From Heptranchias perlo (lineage: Eukaryota), in the NCBI RefSeq assembly GCF_035084215.1, contig NC_090325.1, positions 180,358,001-180,422,000 on the forward strand: a DNA stretch of 64,000 nt. The letters are read 5' to 3'. Positions within the stretch are counted from its first letter, which is position 1. Each line of letters begins with the position of its first letter. The notes beneath the pieces were generated by a model, which did not search any database, had not been told where the DNA came from, and saw only the letters and a program-made list of their open reading frames with translations. A program made the position numbers and the translations under genes. Shown here in pieces: positions 1 to 13,400 of the stretch.

Positions 1-636
1 TCAAGATATCTTCATAAATGCCTCAAAATCAAGATCATGAAAATAACTTCATAAAAGTTACAATTGTATATGAGACAAATATGATTGTCTAGTATCAGTG
101 ATGTTTCCAATTTAACATGGGTGGAGCACCATTTTGTTTAAAAGATCACATTTTAATAAACTTGGTACTCCTGATAGATAAGATCAGAAAAGACAAAGAT
201 ACACAGTATTATCATAAGGAAATTCTGGAAATACACTGCAGGTCAATCAATCAGCATCTGTAAAGAGAAAAGACAGATTCTTGATGTTTTGGGTGCGGAC
301 AATTCATCAAAACCAAAAAGACATGCTGAAAATAGCCTTTCAACCAACGTATCGTAATGATCGGATATGAGGGTTTGACCCAAGGAGGTCAATGTCTTAT
401 TGCATTTGAAAATAGTCACCCTAAGTATTGTGCAGAAAATCAAATGCTCTTCGAGAAAGGTTCTTTGACAGAACACAATGTATATTCTGAAGGCTGGAGG
501 TGGCATTCAGCATTCAAGGTGTTAGAAGAAAAGTCTGTATCAGACACAATCGGAAATATAAAATTACTTGTTCAGCATGCTACACTAGCTCAATATTGTC
601 ATTCGGAATATAGATTTGGAGGGGAAGGATACTAAC

Positions 637-742
637 CTGTAAGCTGTAAGATCTGGGAACTGAGTTCTGTTACTGCTTCATCATGCATCACCTGACCTCC
701 AATGATAAACTCCAAACGTCCCTCCTCCAGCAACTGGTGCAC
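637..742 (-). CDS. MAN2B2: MAN2B2 (GH38 alpha-mannosidase) exon 3
   Basis: ttcag|GTG...ACAG|gttagt. 106 nt encoding [35 protein letters not shown](E), which includes the GH38 GGxVMHDEA motif. In phase with exon 2. Not present in the ORF track. Confidence 0.95.
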
Positions 743-1359
743 CTGAAATTAATACTCAGTAAAACTGTACATTTCAAGCAAGAATAAATCACTTTTACAA
801 TATCAAAATTACTTAAATTAGCTCACATAGGAATGAAAACATTAACTGATGAATTACCTCTGTACCTTATTCCAGTCATTAGTGTGATGTAAAAAAAATT
901 CTCAATGCCTTCAACCATTCCCCAGGTTTCAGTGAAACCGATGGGCACTTATAAGCCTTCCAAGTTACATGTGCATTCCTGGGTGCTGCAGGGTCATGGT
1001 TAATGCATTATCTATTGAAAACTAATTTTTAAAAATTTAAATGTCAGCAATGGGAATTCTTTTGTAAAATTATTTATGGGTCTACCATGTGTTCTTAATT
1101 AGGTATAGATAGTTTTTGTGCAGGACCTCTTTGGATTTATGTTCGTGATTGTTACCTCGTTATTCTCACAGGTTAGGGAATTGGAGAGGCTGCTTTTTCT
1201 TTAGACTGCTTATTCCCATTCTCAGGAGATATATTTTCTTCCTTTGTTTTGTGTCCCTCTACCCTAGTAACATGTAATGGGAAACTTTAAACGGTGACTG
1301 AATGAGACAATTTTATTGGAGATCTGTAGAACAGGCTTTACATTGGCTCGGTGAATTTA

Positions 1360-1660
1360 TGCACTGAGTAGCTGAGTCATATTAATCAGGAAGGGCCCAG
1401 TTTCAATCCCTAGTCTCATTTCAGCCAAGGCAATGTGAGGGCACTAAAATTGTGTTCAGTTCTCCCGAGATTAGAACGGGATAAAAAAAATAAGCCAGGG
1501 TTCAAGCTCAGTGCAAGTTGCTGGAAGCTGAGGACACGATCAGGCTTTGCTGTAATTCCCACCATAATTGAATAGCCTACCAACACTTCAGGTCAAGGCA
1601 CTTGCATGAATAAAGGTCACATAGGCAAAATACCAGAGGGCAAATACCTCAGCAATAAGT
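1360..1660 (+). mobile_element. Old tRNA-head SINE; related copies at ~6120-6420 (+) and ~57590-57860 (-)
   Basis: The three copies share degenerate blocks (cagaaggttccagg..., ggctgtgatgc, aatagcct, atggccacttggg). Confidence 0.5.
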
Positions 1661-1825
1661 CAACACCTTTAATTAATAAAAAAAAAGAAAAACTCAAAAG
1701 AATTGAGATAATGCGTCAAAGCCGCCTGGAACAATTTGCCTTAACACTGGAAAGCAGCAGAAACAAAATTCCTGAATGCACCAAGAAACTCTTCAGCATT
1801 CGTACACACATAGAAAAAATGATTC

Positions 1826-2670
1826 TCACTTGAGTCAGAAGGGTTTGAAGTTCAAACCCCAATATGGATTTGAACATATGATCTAGGCTGACACTTCAGT
1901 GCAGTACTGAGGGTATGCAGCACTGCCAGAGGTGCTGTCTTTTGGACAAGATGTTAAACCAAGGCCCTATCTGCTTGTTCAGGCGAACACAGGAGTTCTT
2001 GTGGTGCTATTCAAAGAACAGCAAGGAGTTCTACCGGTATCTTGGCCAATATTCTTCCCTCAATTAACATCACAAAAAACATTATCTGGTCATTCATTCG
2101 TTTGCTGCTCATAGTAGGTACAGCACAGGAGGAAGGCATTCAGCCCATCGTGCCTGTGCCGGCTCTTTAAAGAGCTATCCAATTAGTCCCATTCCCCTCC
2201 TCTTTCCCCGTAGCCCTGTAATTTTTTTCCCTTCAAGTACTGATCGAATTCCCTTTTGAAAATTACTATTGAATCTGCTTCCACCACCCTTTCAGGCAGT
2301 TCATTCCAGATCATTACAACTAGCTGCATAAAAAAAATGCTTCCTCATGCTCGCCTCTGGCTCTTTTGGCGATCACCTTAAAAATCTGTATCTTCTATTA
2401 CCGACCTTTCTGCCACTGAAAACAGTTTCTCCTTATTTACTCTATCAAAACCGTTCATGATTTTGAACACCTCTATCAAATCTCCCCTTAACCTTCTCTG
2501 TTCTAAGGAGAACAAACCCAGCTTCTCTAATCTCTCTACACAACTAAAGTCCTTGTTGTGAGCAAATTGGTCACATTTGCCTCCAAACCAACAGTGACTG
2601 CACTTCAAAAGTAATCCATCATTTGTAAAGCTCTTTGAGACATCCTGGGGACTTAATAGGGTACTATTTT
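1826..2670 (+). mobile_element. Deu-domain tRNA-SINE split by a CR1 3' fragment (2111-2552, minus strand)
   Basis: tRNA-like head (gagtcagaagg...gttcaaacccc), then the Deu core (gtgctgtctttt...gttaaacc...ggccaatatt..ccctca). The tail resumes at ~2553. The insert encodes the CR1 C-terminus LEKLGLFSLEQRRLRGDLIEVFK. Confidence 0.7.
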
Positions 2671-2674
2671 TTCA

Positions 2675-2872
2675 GCAGCCATTTTGCACACAGCACGGTC
2701 CCACAAATAGCAGTGAGATATTTGACCATATAATGTTTTTTTTTGTGATGTTGGTTGAGGGATAAATATTGGCCACGACGCGGAGCTCCCTTTCCCATGT
2801 TCAAATAGTGTCTTGGGGTCTTTTACGTCAACATGAGAGGGCAGACGGGGCCTCAGTTTTACGTCTCATCCA
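2675..2872 (-). mobile_element. Deu-domain SINE fragment
   Basis: Reverse-complement match to the Deu core (ggatgagacgtaaaactgaggccccgtctgccctctc). Confidence 0.65.
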
Positions 2873-3165
2873 AAAAGATGAATGGGTGATTAGAATGTGG
2901 AATTCTCTGCCATAAACTGTTTTTGAAACAGAGTTCACAACTTGCTTTATAAGGAAATTAGATAGTTGATTAAAAAAAGAGGAATATTAAAAGGTATGGG
3001 GAGTGTGCAGGAGAGCGAGATTGGACTAGGTGGGTCACGTGAAGAAAAACATTGGCACAGGCCTAATGGGACAAATGGCCTATTTTTGTGATTGTAACAT
3101 TCTATGATTCTATGAAAAGTCCAATGGAAAATAAAAGTATGTTCATAGCAGACTGCTCCCATTAC

Positions 3166-3312
3166 CTGTTCTTTCTGTGCATCAGTGGCCACCTTGTCCC
3201 ACCAGAGCCGAAAGAACTCCTGCTCTACCACAATAAACTTGTGCTGTTTCCCCTTTACCAGTTCTTCCACAACGGTAGTGTAAACATTGGCGGCATATGC
3301 ATGCATGCTCTC
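3166..3312 (-). CDS. MAN2B2: MAN2B2 exon 2
   Basis: aatag|GAG...CAG|gtaat. 147 nt, phase 0/0, encoding [49 protein letters not shown]. Confidence 0.95.
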
Positions 3313-4594
3313 CTATTAAGAGATAACAAACTGGTTACTGGCTTAGAGGATGATTTAGAAGATTAATACACAGTATAGTGCACTACCAGTAACATAGACC
3401 ATCTTCTTATTTCATTAGTAACACCATTCCAACAGCACCAGCAATACAAAGTAACTCAGCACAAACTAGGGATTGAACCATGGACCTTCCTGTGCTGTAT
3501 GACTCAGTGCCTTTACCTCTGAGCCATTGGGATTACCCCCAGTGTCCACTATAAATGCAATCAATGAAATCCATAATTATCGAATTAGCAATAATCCAAA
3601 ACTGGGAAAGGAATGGGGTGCAGGTACACACTAAAATAAACATTTCCAAAGAATTGCTGAATGGTTGAGCTGCATGGCCTAGTTGCATTGCCTGGCTGCA
3701 AAACTAATCTTTTGGCTAAACTGGGTTAGTATGGACAATGATTCAATAATCTTAAAATAAAATTGATCAAATGCAGCAAGAATTGGTGAAATTGCTAATC
3801 ATTCCAATTTCAAAAATGGGCACTGCAGCTTTTATGTATTTCATCTCAAGTCTCGTCAAATCACTTGCAGGATTCTATTCACACCCATTATATAAGTATG
3901 CAATTTTGCAAGACAGAACAAAAAATATTTTTTAACTTTGTGAATTTTATGCACAAATGAAAGATGTCAGTACTAGAAAATGGAATATTTTCTATTTAGG
4001 CACCCAGTGTCAGCATCAAGCACTCCAAGGTTAGATATAGCATTAATATATGCAGAGAAAGATCTCTGTACACAGCTCTCCCTCCCTAGATAATGAAGTC
4101 TGGGACAGGCTGAAGCAAAAAAAAAAATGCAGATAAAATGAAAAGCTGAAAGCCCAGTATGTACAAAATGAAAGCAAGTGAAAACTGAATTTAAAGTCAC
4201 TGTTCAACATAACTACAAGAAAAGAATCTCAGTTTTATAGATTTTAGAGAACACTGGTTTGAAATCAGCAACTTTATTTTTAAAAAGCCATTAATAACAT
4301 TCTGCCAATGCAAAGCATCAAGGCACTTAGACTGTAGTTTGATTCTGATGACATGTTATGTCATCATTTTTGAAGGTACGGAGAGAAACTAATGTTTCCA
4401 TTATATGCAAATGGTATAATTTAAAAATCATAAACTTAATGTTTTTAAACACTTTACTGACAGCAGTGTTTTCAGCTGACTGTGTACCAAGTGAAAGGAC
4501 ACTTTAATGGAAATGTTTAACTTTAAGTCCTATATGCTGCATTCGCACTTCTAGTAATGAAATAGAATGCAAAATTGTGATCCATGAAGAGATG

Positions 4595-5970
4595 TCAGAG
4601 AAGAATGAGGGGTGACCTGATAGAGGTCTTTCGTGCCTCTGTCACCACAAGCGCAGCTCCTTTTTTGTCCCTAATTGGTCCCATGTTTCCTTTGACTACC
4701 CTTTTACTGTTGATATGTTTACAAAAAGACTTTTGGGTTCCCTTTTACGTTAGCCGTTTATCTATTCTCATACTCTGTCTTTGCCGCGCTTACTCCCTTT
4801 TTGAGATCTCCTCTGTACTTTCTGTATTCAGCCTGGTTCTCTACTGTATTATGTACATTCATCATATGCCTCCTTTTTCTATTTCATTTTAATCTCTGTA
4901 TCTTTAGTCATCCAGGGATCTCTAGCTTTGGATACCCTTCCTTTCCCCCCTCACAGGAATGTGTCTACTCTGTACCTGAACCAACTCTTCCTTGAAGGCC
5001 TCCCATTGTTCAATTACTGTTTTGCCTACCAATTTTTGATTCCAATCCACCTGGACAAGATCCCTTTTTAACTCAATGAAATTAGTCCTCCTCCAGTTAA
5101 GCATTTTCACATTTGATTATTCCTTGTCCTTTTCCATAACTATTCTAAACCTAATTATATTATGATCACTATTCCCCAAATACTCCCCCAGCCCCACTTC
5201 ATTCCCCAGAACTAGATGCAGCACTGTTTCCTTCCTGATTGGGCTGGAAACACACTGTTTCAGAAAGTTCTCTTGAACACATTGCAGGAATTCCTCCCCC
5301 TCTTTGCCCTTTACACTGTTACTGTCCCAGTCTATATTGGGGTAATTGAAGTCCCCATTGTCACTACTCTATAGTTCTTGCACCTTTCTGTAATTTGCCT
5401 GCAATTGTTCTCCTCTATCTCCTTCCCACTATTTGGTGGCCTTTAGTATACGCCCAATGGCATAATAGCTCCTCTATTGTTCCTTCATTCTAACCAAATA
5501 GATTCTATCTTTGATCCCTCAAATACATCATCCCTTTCCAGTGCTATAATAGTTTCTTTGATCAATACTGCCGCCCCCTCTCCCCACCTTTCTTTCATGA
5601 ATACCTTGTTGCCAGGAACATTACAGATGCAGAGAAGATTTTCCCTTGTGGGAGAGTCCAAAACTAGGGTCCATAAATATAAGATAGTCACTAATAAATA
5701 TAATAAGGAATTCAGGAGAAACTGCATTACTCAGAGAGGGGTTAGAATGTGGAACTCACTACCACATGGAAAGGTTGAAGCGAATAGAAAAGATGTATTT
5801 AAGGAGAAGCCAGATAAGTACATGAGGGAGAAAGGAATAGAAGGATTTGCTGATAGGGTTAGATGAATTAAGGTGGGAGGAGGCTTGTGTGGAGCATAAA
5901 CACAGGCATAGACCAGTTGGGCCGAATGGCCTGTTTCTGTGCTGTAAATTCTATGTAATTCTATGTAATA
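4595..5970. mobile_element. CR1 fragments: a plus-strand 3' end interrupted by a minus-strand endonuclease-region fragment (~4635-5620)
   Basis: RRMRGDLIEVF at ~4600. Minus-strand peptides LNWRRTNFIELKRDL and GEGAAVLIKETI. Plus-strand 3' end with an aattctatgt tail at ~5950. Confidence 0.75.
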
Positions 5971-7248
5971 TTCTTTCAAGATGAAATATAAAACTTAATT
6001 TTAATGGAGTAGCATACATAGCAATATTTACCTTTAGCTTTTCTGACTGTTAAAAGAAGTAATGTAATTTTTAAAATAACCCTGCTCTCTACAATAGCCA
6101 AGTATTATACTAATCCATATAAACCAGAAGGTTCCAGGTTTTATTGTCAGTCTGTGCTGAAATAGCTGCCTTGAGTTAGTACACAATAATTATCATTAAT
6201 AGCCCTGTGATAGTAGGGAGGAAAAAATATCTCCTGGGGTTTTCATCTTTGATTATCTTCCAGTGACCCAAGCTGGGAAGTGCACATGTGTGGACTCGGA
6301 TTTAGCTTGGCTGTGATGCTTTCCACAATCAGATGGCCACTTGGGCACGGTGTATCAGGACAGCAGGCTCTTATGGAACCATATGCCAGCAATTCAGCAC
6401 TTACCAGAGAAGGGAGGGAAATATAGATGACATTTCAGAGCTCCATTTACATAAAGTTAGAACTACATTGAGTGTATTGTAAACTAACAGTCTCCTGGCA
6501 GTAAATGACTAATATCCTATTTGTATTGCAGAAATAAGCATATGTGCAAACCGGTAGGACTATTTGTGTTCCACTTCATGGTGCAGAGAGCAAAAGCAAT
6601 ACTAAAACAATCACATATTCAAGGTTTGCAGCTGTTCAAAATTCACATACAAAATTTTATACAGCATCCAAATGTCTCTTAAACAACTAAGGTTTTACCT
6701 CCACTCCCTTCCTGACATCAGTTCTAAATTTAACTGTTGCCAATTTTACCCTTTGCCTTACTGTTAACATTCACCTTGAAGCAGTGCTGAAGATTTAACT
6801 TTGTTATACTGTATAATATATTGTTTACTGCTATAAGACCACTTCAGTTGTTTCCTTTCACGGTTGAAGAGCCCAAGTTTCTCCAGTTTTGCCCCTTAAC
6901 TAAATCCTTTCACAAAAGGAATCAGCCTTGTGGCTTTTCTTTGTCCAGCTTCAACATTTCCCTTTTGTCTCAGTGACCAAAATTAGATAGCATTTAATGT
7001 GCGGTCTGACCAAAACACTATACAGTTTCAGCATGATATCATCCAATTTATAATCTACCTCTTTAGTAATATAGTTCAGCATTCTATTTACTTTGTTGAT
7101 TGTTGCTTCACAGTGACTGGCCAAATTAAATGCAGTCTAGCAATACCCCTAGCCCTTTTTCAACTTCACCCATAGCTAGTTCAACAGCTTTCAAAGAGTA
7201 CTTATAGCTTAAACTTATATCTTTATTGAATTTCATCTGCCATTGCTA

Positions 7249-10200
7249 TGTAGGAAAGCATTTCCCCAAGGCAACAGCACAGACTACTGCTAAGATAATT
7301 GTGAACCACGTAGTCACCAGCTGGGACTCCCAAAGTCCACTGACTCAGACCAGGGAAATCATTTTACTGGGCGGGTAATGCAAACCGCTAAGCAGCTGCT
7401 AGGAATCAAAACAAGATTCCATATTCCACATAATCCTACCTCATCAGACATAGTGGAAAGAATGAACTGAACATTAAAAACAATGCTAAAGAAACTGATA
7501 GGACAATCCTGCAAAACATGGGACCAATCGTTGCCCTTGGCATTAATAGCTATGAGATCCACTGAGTCACATACTACCAAGGTTTCACCCCATGAGTTAA
7601 TGACAGGGACAGTGATGCGAACTCCTGAACATTTGATGTATCAGGATATGTCTGAGCCTCAGTATCAGGCCTTGACGCAGGAGGGAATGTTAGCCAACTA
7701 CATAATCAACTGCAACAGATAATGATCTTTGCAGCCACTAATATTGGACAATCTAAAAAGGCCAACAAAATGTATTTTGACACCAAAGTCAAAGCAGTAG
7801 AATGGGACCTGGGACAAAAAGCGATGGTAAAAACAAGCAGGGCCATTCACGGCTCACTTTTCTGGACCATATCCCATTGCGGATAAAGTCAGTCTATCTG
7901 TGTACAAAGCAGCGCTGCAAAAGGAGGGGGGAAATGGTTCAGTGTCAACCAGCTAATAACAGTACAAGAGAAATATACGTGGGGTGGTCAGTACAAATTA
8001 ACCCCTTCCAAGGTTAATTCACCAAACACTTCTGTTTCTATTGTAAAACCACCTAGCCTGGCCATAATTTGTTTCTGAAATTGGAATTGATAAGATAAAT
8101 TGACATGAGCTGCTGTTCAAGCACTCGAGAAGGGAAAGATTTACCTGCAGTTTAAGGGGATAATTAAATTTTACTTGGAACAAAAAAAAGTGCCGTCTAA
8201 GTGGTTCTTGCCCAATGCTGTTTATCAATGAAGAAATTATCTTGGGGAAATAAAATTGTACATTGACAAGTCCTGTCAGTCCAACAATACTACTTTCTAG
8301 ACGGGATAGTTTTGAAATGACATAATTATATTCAAGCATAACTGAACTTAAGAAATAAACAGTCCAAGAAGCAGTTAGGTAAAATAAACAAACAGTATAA
8401 CTTGGACCAGGTTGGGAACATTTAGTCTATGTTTTAAGGGTTAATAACAATATTGTATTGAACGGTAAAGTTTCTCCAGAGCTCATGAATGAGATGAAAT
8501 GGTTAATTGATAGCTTTCTCTTAGAGATGTTTGCGTCTTTTCCTGTAACGATAGCTTGGCCACCACCCGAAACATCGGGACCACGAAGGGGGAGATAAGC
8601 AAAGACCTCCAGATACCGCCAACCGCACCCCCCCCACCCTGATCTTTTGCATGACATGAAATGGTTGATGTGGCTCAAGAGAGTGAGAAAACGTTTAATC
8701 AAGCACTGACACATGCTCCACAGAGAAACCAACTAAAGTAAAGGACATTGAATTTGGATTTCCAAAATTCAGAGTTGCGTCCCTTTGCATTAACAATGAA
8801 ATTGAGACAACTGAGGGCAAGGGAGAAATAATACTTAGCAAGAATTATCCACAAGATAGATAAAAGGAGAGCTGGAGGATCTTTTAAGTCCACGATTTCT
8901 TGATAATATTGTACTTTCTGTGCAATGTATTATGATTGTCTTTGTCTCTATCATGATGTGTAATATTAACCAAGTGAAACTTAAATTAAAATAGCAAATA
9001 GCTCGAGAATGGTATGTGATGCTAATAAGATGAGGACCTTAGATAAAGCCACGTGGGGTAACCGGGGGCTATTGGAGATTAAGACTGAGAAGTGGTAAAG
9101 GAAACTCTTCTTGAATTACTTCTGTCGTTTAAAAACACCTTTTGATCACCCTATTCCACCATTGTCGTTAAGTCTTGGGTCCATACTGGCACGGTCACAC
9201 TACCCGGTGAAGATGGAACAAGCTAATGTGCTTATAGAATAATGAGTATGGCTTTAATATGTACGCAATGTATACTAGTGTTTATTATGATAATTTGCTT
9301 ATGTGTAATGCAGCAATTAATCTGAAAACATGGCAAGGAGATATACTTGTTGCGTATGTCGTGGTAAACCTATCCTAAACGGCAGCCAATGATAAAAAAA
9401 ACCTAACAACCAAGGACAATGCTGAAAGTGTACGAAGTGGATCAGTCAGAAGATCAGACAGACCCCCTTAAAGAGGGACTGTAGGGAAGGGGTTAAAACC
9501 CCATGAACAAAATCTTTTAAGACATTTGGACATTACATTTGAAGGAATGGGTTAACTTGCCCCTTTGGACATTTGGACAATATAAATTTAAAACTGCAAA
9601 AGCAGCAGCAAGATACAGACACTTCAACAAGCTTCGATTTTCAATAACAACGGATAAGAACGACTGCTGTAGAGAAGCTTTGAGAAGGTTCACACAACAA
9701 TATGAAGATTCTTATAGCAACTTTGTTTCTCAAAGCAATTAGTTTGGAAAAACAGTGCTGAGATAACAAGAAATCCTTAAGATAAATGCACCTGGATTCA
9801 CACGGACAGGGAGATACAGCTGGGTTCACATGGCTTCTGAGTGATCCAGCCAATCATCCATCATTAATGCAACGGTGGGTGAGTGGCCAAATTGGGACTT
9901 CTCATAACTTTGAACACACCCTAACTGCAAAAAAAACATATATAGGACATCATAGCAGCTTCAACAGTTGGCGACACAACAGTTGGAGGAGCTGCAGAAA
10001 AGCTTGACCAAGCTTCGCCTGGAAGCAGGAACTTCAACGAGAAGAAACTCCAACAAGAACCACCTTAGGACACGAGAAGCTGATCACTTCTGAACTGCCT
10101 TGATGGTGAAATCCTTGGTTTACGGTTGTATGTATTGCTTGCTTTGCTTCATGCTTGTGTGAACTTTTAAATCATTCAATAATCACTTTTGATTAACAAA

Positions 10201-10278
10201 ACTACCACATAAGGGTGACTTTCTTTGACTGCTATTGTGCAAGTTCATGAATCACTGGAAAAGCAGGTTTTCCCTACA
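7249..10278 (+). mobile_element. Deleted LTR retroelement (ERV/Gypsy-type): integrase remnant, PPT and 3' LTR (9480-10278)
   Basis: Frameshifted integrase: AFP..., DSDQGNHFTG, IVERMN, WDQSLPLALIAMRS, SPHELMTG, and a GPY motif. PPT aaagagggac precedes the LTR TGTAGGGAA...TTCCCTACA. Flanks gcta/gtta give a 4-bp TSD with one mismatch. Confidence 0.8.
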
Positions 10279-12050
10279 GTTATGGCTACTTGAAAATTTT
10301 TGTTCAGCGAGCTTTGTAAGTCCTTAGTTGCCTCATTAGTTTCAACTATCCCCGCACCCCCCACTTGACTGCTAAAACACCGCAACAAAGGCAAACTACT
10401 TCTTCAATATCAAAATTGCATATTTTTTGGTGGTGGGAAGAAGTTTACACGTCAAGCTACCCACACATTCTCAACAGAAACACTGCATACAGTTAATTAC
10501 CTTCAAATGGATATTCGAAACTCCTCTCAATCAACATGATTTAATATGCCAAAACAATTTTTTCAAGACAGTAGTGAAGCTGCCTTCTGTAGAAGGGTTT
10601 CAATGCCTCAAATAGAACAAGCACAAGGCTGTTTATACTACAGGATAACCACAGATAGCAGGCTTGCCATTGGAAAGAACCCTGTAAGTTAAACCAGGGT
10701 ATTTTTAGCCTGCATTGCCAGTGTCTACTATAATGAGAGTTTAACACATTTATAGAGAATAAGATTGGGTATGTGTGACTGCAACAGTTTTATTACTGTC
10801 ATTCATTTGTACTTTGACCAAAGTGATTACACATTCACTGAACAAGTCAGGCTTCCCACACATATAAATATGTACACACTTCCAAGTGTTGCAATAGTTT
10901 GTTTTAAAAAGTCTCTGATACTATATATCCCCTAAATGCAGACCAAAGATGTGAATGCAATTGTGTCTAAAGCAAAATGTGCCACAGAAAATTTTAGTCA
11001 CTCGTTATGGATGAGCAATGGGCAACCTGCTCTGCTAGATGCTTACTTGCTAGATACTGAAACTGCAGTTACATCATTTTGCATTGGAAGCATAACTCCA
11101 GAATCAGGTCTTGACTCCCAAATGCACTACAGCAAATTCTCCAGAAGTCCATCTCACAACACGTAGGCTTGACACTACATAGAGGGCAATTTTAGTTCAG
11201 TGTGGAGCTGGGTTTGAATGATGCTCAGCGGTCCATTAGATCTCCTGGGCATTTTATAAACTCACTGTAGAGTCTTGCTAATATGATGAGAAAGTGAATG
11301 TTTTGGCTCCAGTCTGAACATTAAAATAGTAGGGGTGGAGGTCTGCATATTTGTATAAGCACTCATGCGCTGAGCTCTCATCTGGCCATTAAAGGTACAA
11401 TTCAATGCCAGTTGCAATCTGTACTATAACTCCAGCTGCACTTTGCGGCTACTAATCAGGACAGTAATTCAGCAACACTGCGGCCTCGGAACCTAATGTA
11501 CGTTGTAGCATTTGATTATCTACAAACATTTGCAAGTTAGTTTTTTTTGAAACCTAACAAACATAAGTTCATAGCATCAAACATGATCTGCAACACAATT
11601 ATGTAGCTGCAACATGCATTAACTATAACATTGCTTTTTGAGGCTTCGGAAAGATGTGAAGTTTATTTTAAGTGAGGTAAGGATCCTCAAGCAATTTTAA
11701 TTGTTGAATCACATTGTCGAGATGGTGCTGAGCCGAATGTTCTGAACTTGCCGCCCCTTATTTGAAAATGGGGCTTAATAAAATTTAGTTGACATATATA
11801 GAAAGTGCTGAATCACATGACAAAGCTAACCAAAGTCACAAGATCAGCAACAGTTCCACATTCATCAGTTAGGATACATGTCAGCTCTCGCTCATTTTGG
11901 TTCAAAAACGTAACCTATTACGAGGAATGAGATAAATGTGGGACCAAAAAGTTACAGAACTTCACATCAGGATTCCTTTCCCGTTCTGCAGAAGGAAATA
12001 GCAACTGGTAACACCGGACAGGGGGCACTGCACCCATCTCAACCCCGTAC

Positions 12051-12221
12051 CTCCACGGTGTAAACCCAGCCGACGTCCATATGACTGTGAGGAATGACGA
12101 AAGCCTGGATCCCATCCCCTTTGCCCGAGTTCCCGCCGATCTGCAGCTTTGCCGCTCGAACGTTGAACCACAGTAAAGCTCCAAATATCGTTACAGTAAC
12201 AATCCCGCGAACGCCTTTCAT
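12051..12221 (-). CDS. MAN2B2: MAN2B2 exon 1 (signal peptide plus zinc-binding HSHMD motif)
   Basis: ATG at 12221. Encodes MKGVRGIVTVTIFGALLWFNVRAA...IQAFVIPHSHMDVGWVYTVE, followed by the donor gtacgg. Local CpG enrichment. Confidence 0.93.
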
Positions 12222-12445
12222 TGTCGCAGTGTTCCTTCCGCCTTTCTGGGGAAGGGAACAACTGAATACGGAAAGAGTCCGAGTCCAATTGTACAGTGCA
12301 AAAGACACAACTTGCTTCACACGGGAGACATTGGTTTCCGAACAATTATCAACAGCCGGCCCGAGGCCCTCCCTTTAATGACGAGATTACAGACCCGCTA
12401 CCTAACAATTAGTCTAAACATTTAATCCAGTTTGGCGCGCATATA
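12222..12445 (-). promoter_or_regulatory. MAN2B2 5'UTR/proximal promoter
   Basis: CpG-enriched sequence immediately upstream of the ATG, with an E2F-like TTTGGCGCGC at 12431-12440. Confidence 0.5.
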
Positions 12446-12989
12446 TTATATATGTAAACATATATATGCACGGTTCCATATGCTTAATTCGAAACATATA
12501 TCCCCGTTGCTGGTCACAAATACCATGTCTAACATTTCTATGATGCCAGTGCTACAACTGTCAGAAGATGGAGCAGTGCACAGAATGACTAATTGACAAA
12601 TGTGTTGAACGAAGTCCAAACACAGGCTACAATAAAACGTACATTCACATTTCATTTCAAAATGTTATTTAAAATGTCAACGTAAAAAGCACATTGTGGA
12701 TCTCCCCAGGCAGTGCCCTTCGTGTTTTAGTGATGTTGTATAGATATGGGGATCTGCAGCTTCTGGGGGTTAAGATGCTCCATTTAGTGATGCAAGTGTG
12801 CAGGTACAGGCATGACCATGTGACAGGTTGCTTTATAATGGGAAATCCCTATCAAGAAACCATTGAGACATGACAGAATGGTAATGCCCATATAAGGAGT
12901 GAATGACACAACATTGCAAACTTAATGTCCCCCCAGTCGATCCCCTATGGTGTTGCACGTGGTAAATCAGAGAATATAATCACTTTTTC

Positions 12990-13400
12990 ACCTGTCTCTG
13001 ATGTCTTAGCATTGCTGATTATCTGCCTCTCCTCTTCTTCTGTGTCACTTTCTCTTCACTGCTGCTTCTCCCTGTCCTTTTCTGCTTCTCTTTCTCTTTG
13101 TTGGGGAAATGTCAACCTTAGCAGCTCCCTTCCTATTCCCTCCACCAACCACTCATGCTTCCCTTTGTTCCCATCATGTCTCATACACTTTCACCTTCCC
13201 ACTACCCATCACTACTCCATTTCTTCCTCTCCAAGAAACCCACTCAACTCCTATCCTTCCCTCCCCTTTCTCCATTGTCATTCACCTCATCTTAACCATC
13301 CGTCCACTATCCCACACGCACCCACCAAGGATGGGTGTCAAGAGGCTAGACACTCCCTCAACCAGTTTTCCTCCTCCCCAGCCTTCCTATCTATCTGTTT
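12990..13400. repeat. Pyrimidine-rich low-complexity tract
   Basis: C/T-rich sequence without an exact period. Confidence 0.6.

Noticed and set aside
243-635. Short ORFs in MAN2B2 intron 3 (VERLFS resembles a hAT motif)
   Set aside because: Not MAN2B2 exon 4 (no GHGFL/WHVDPFG), and a single short motif is insufficient.
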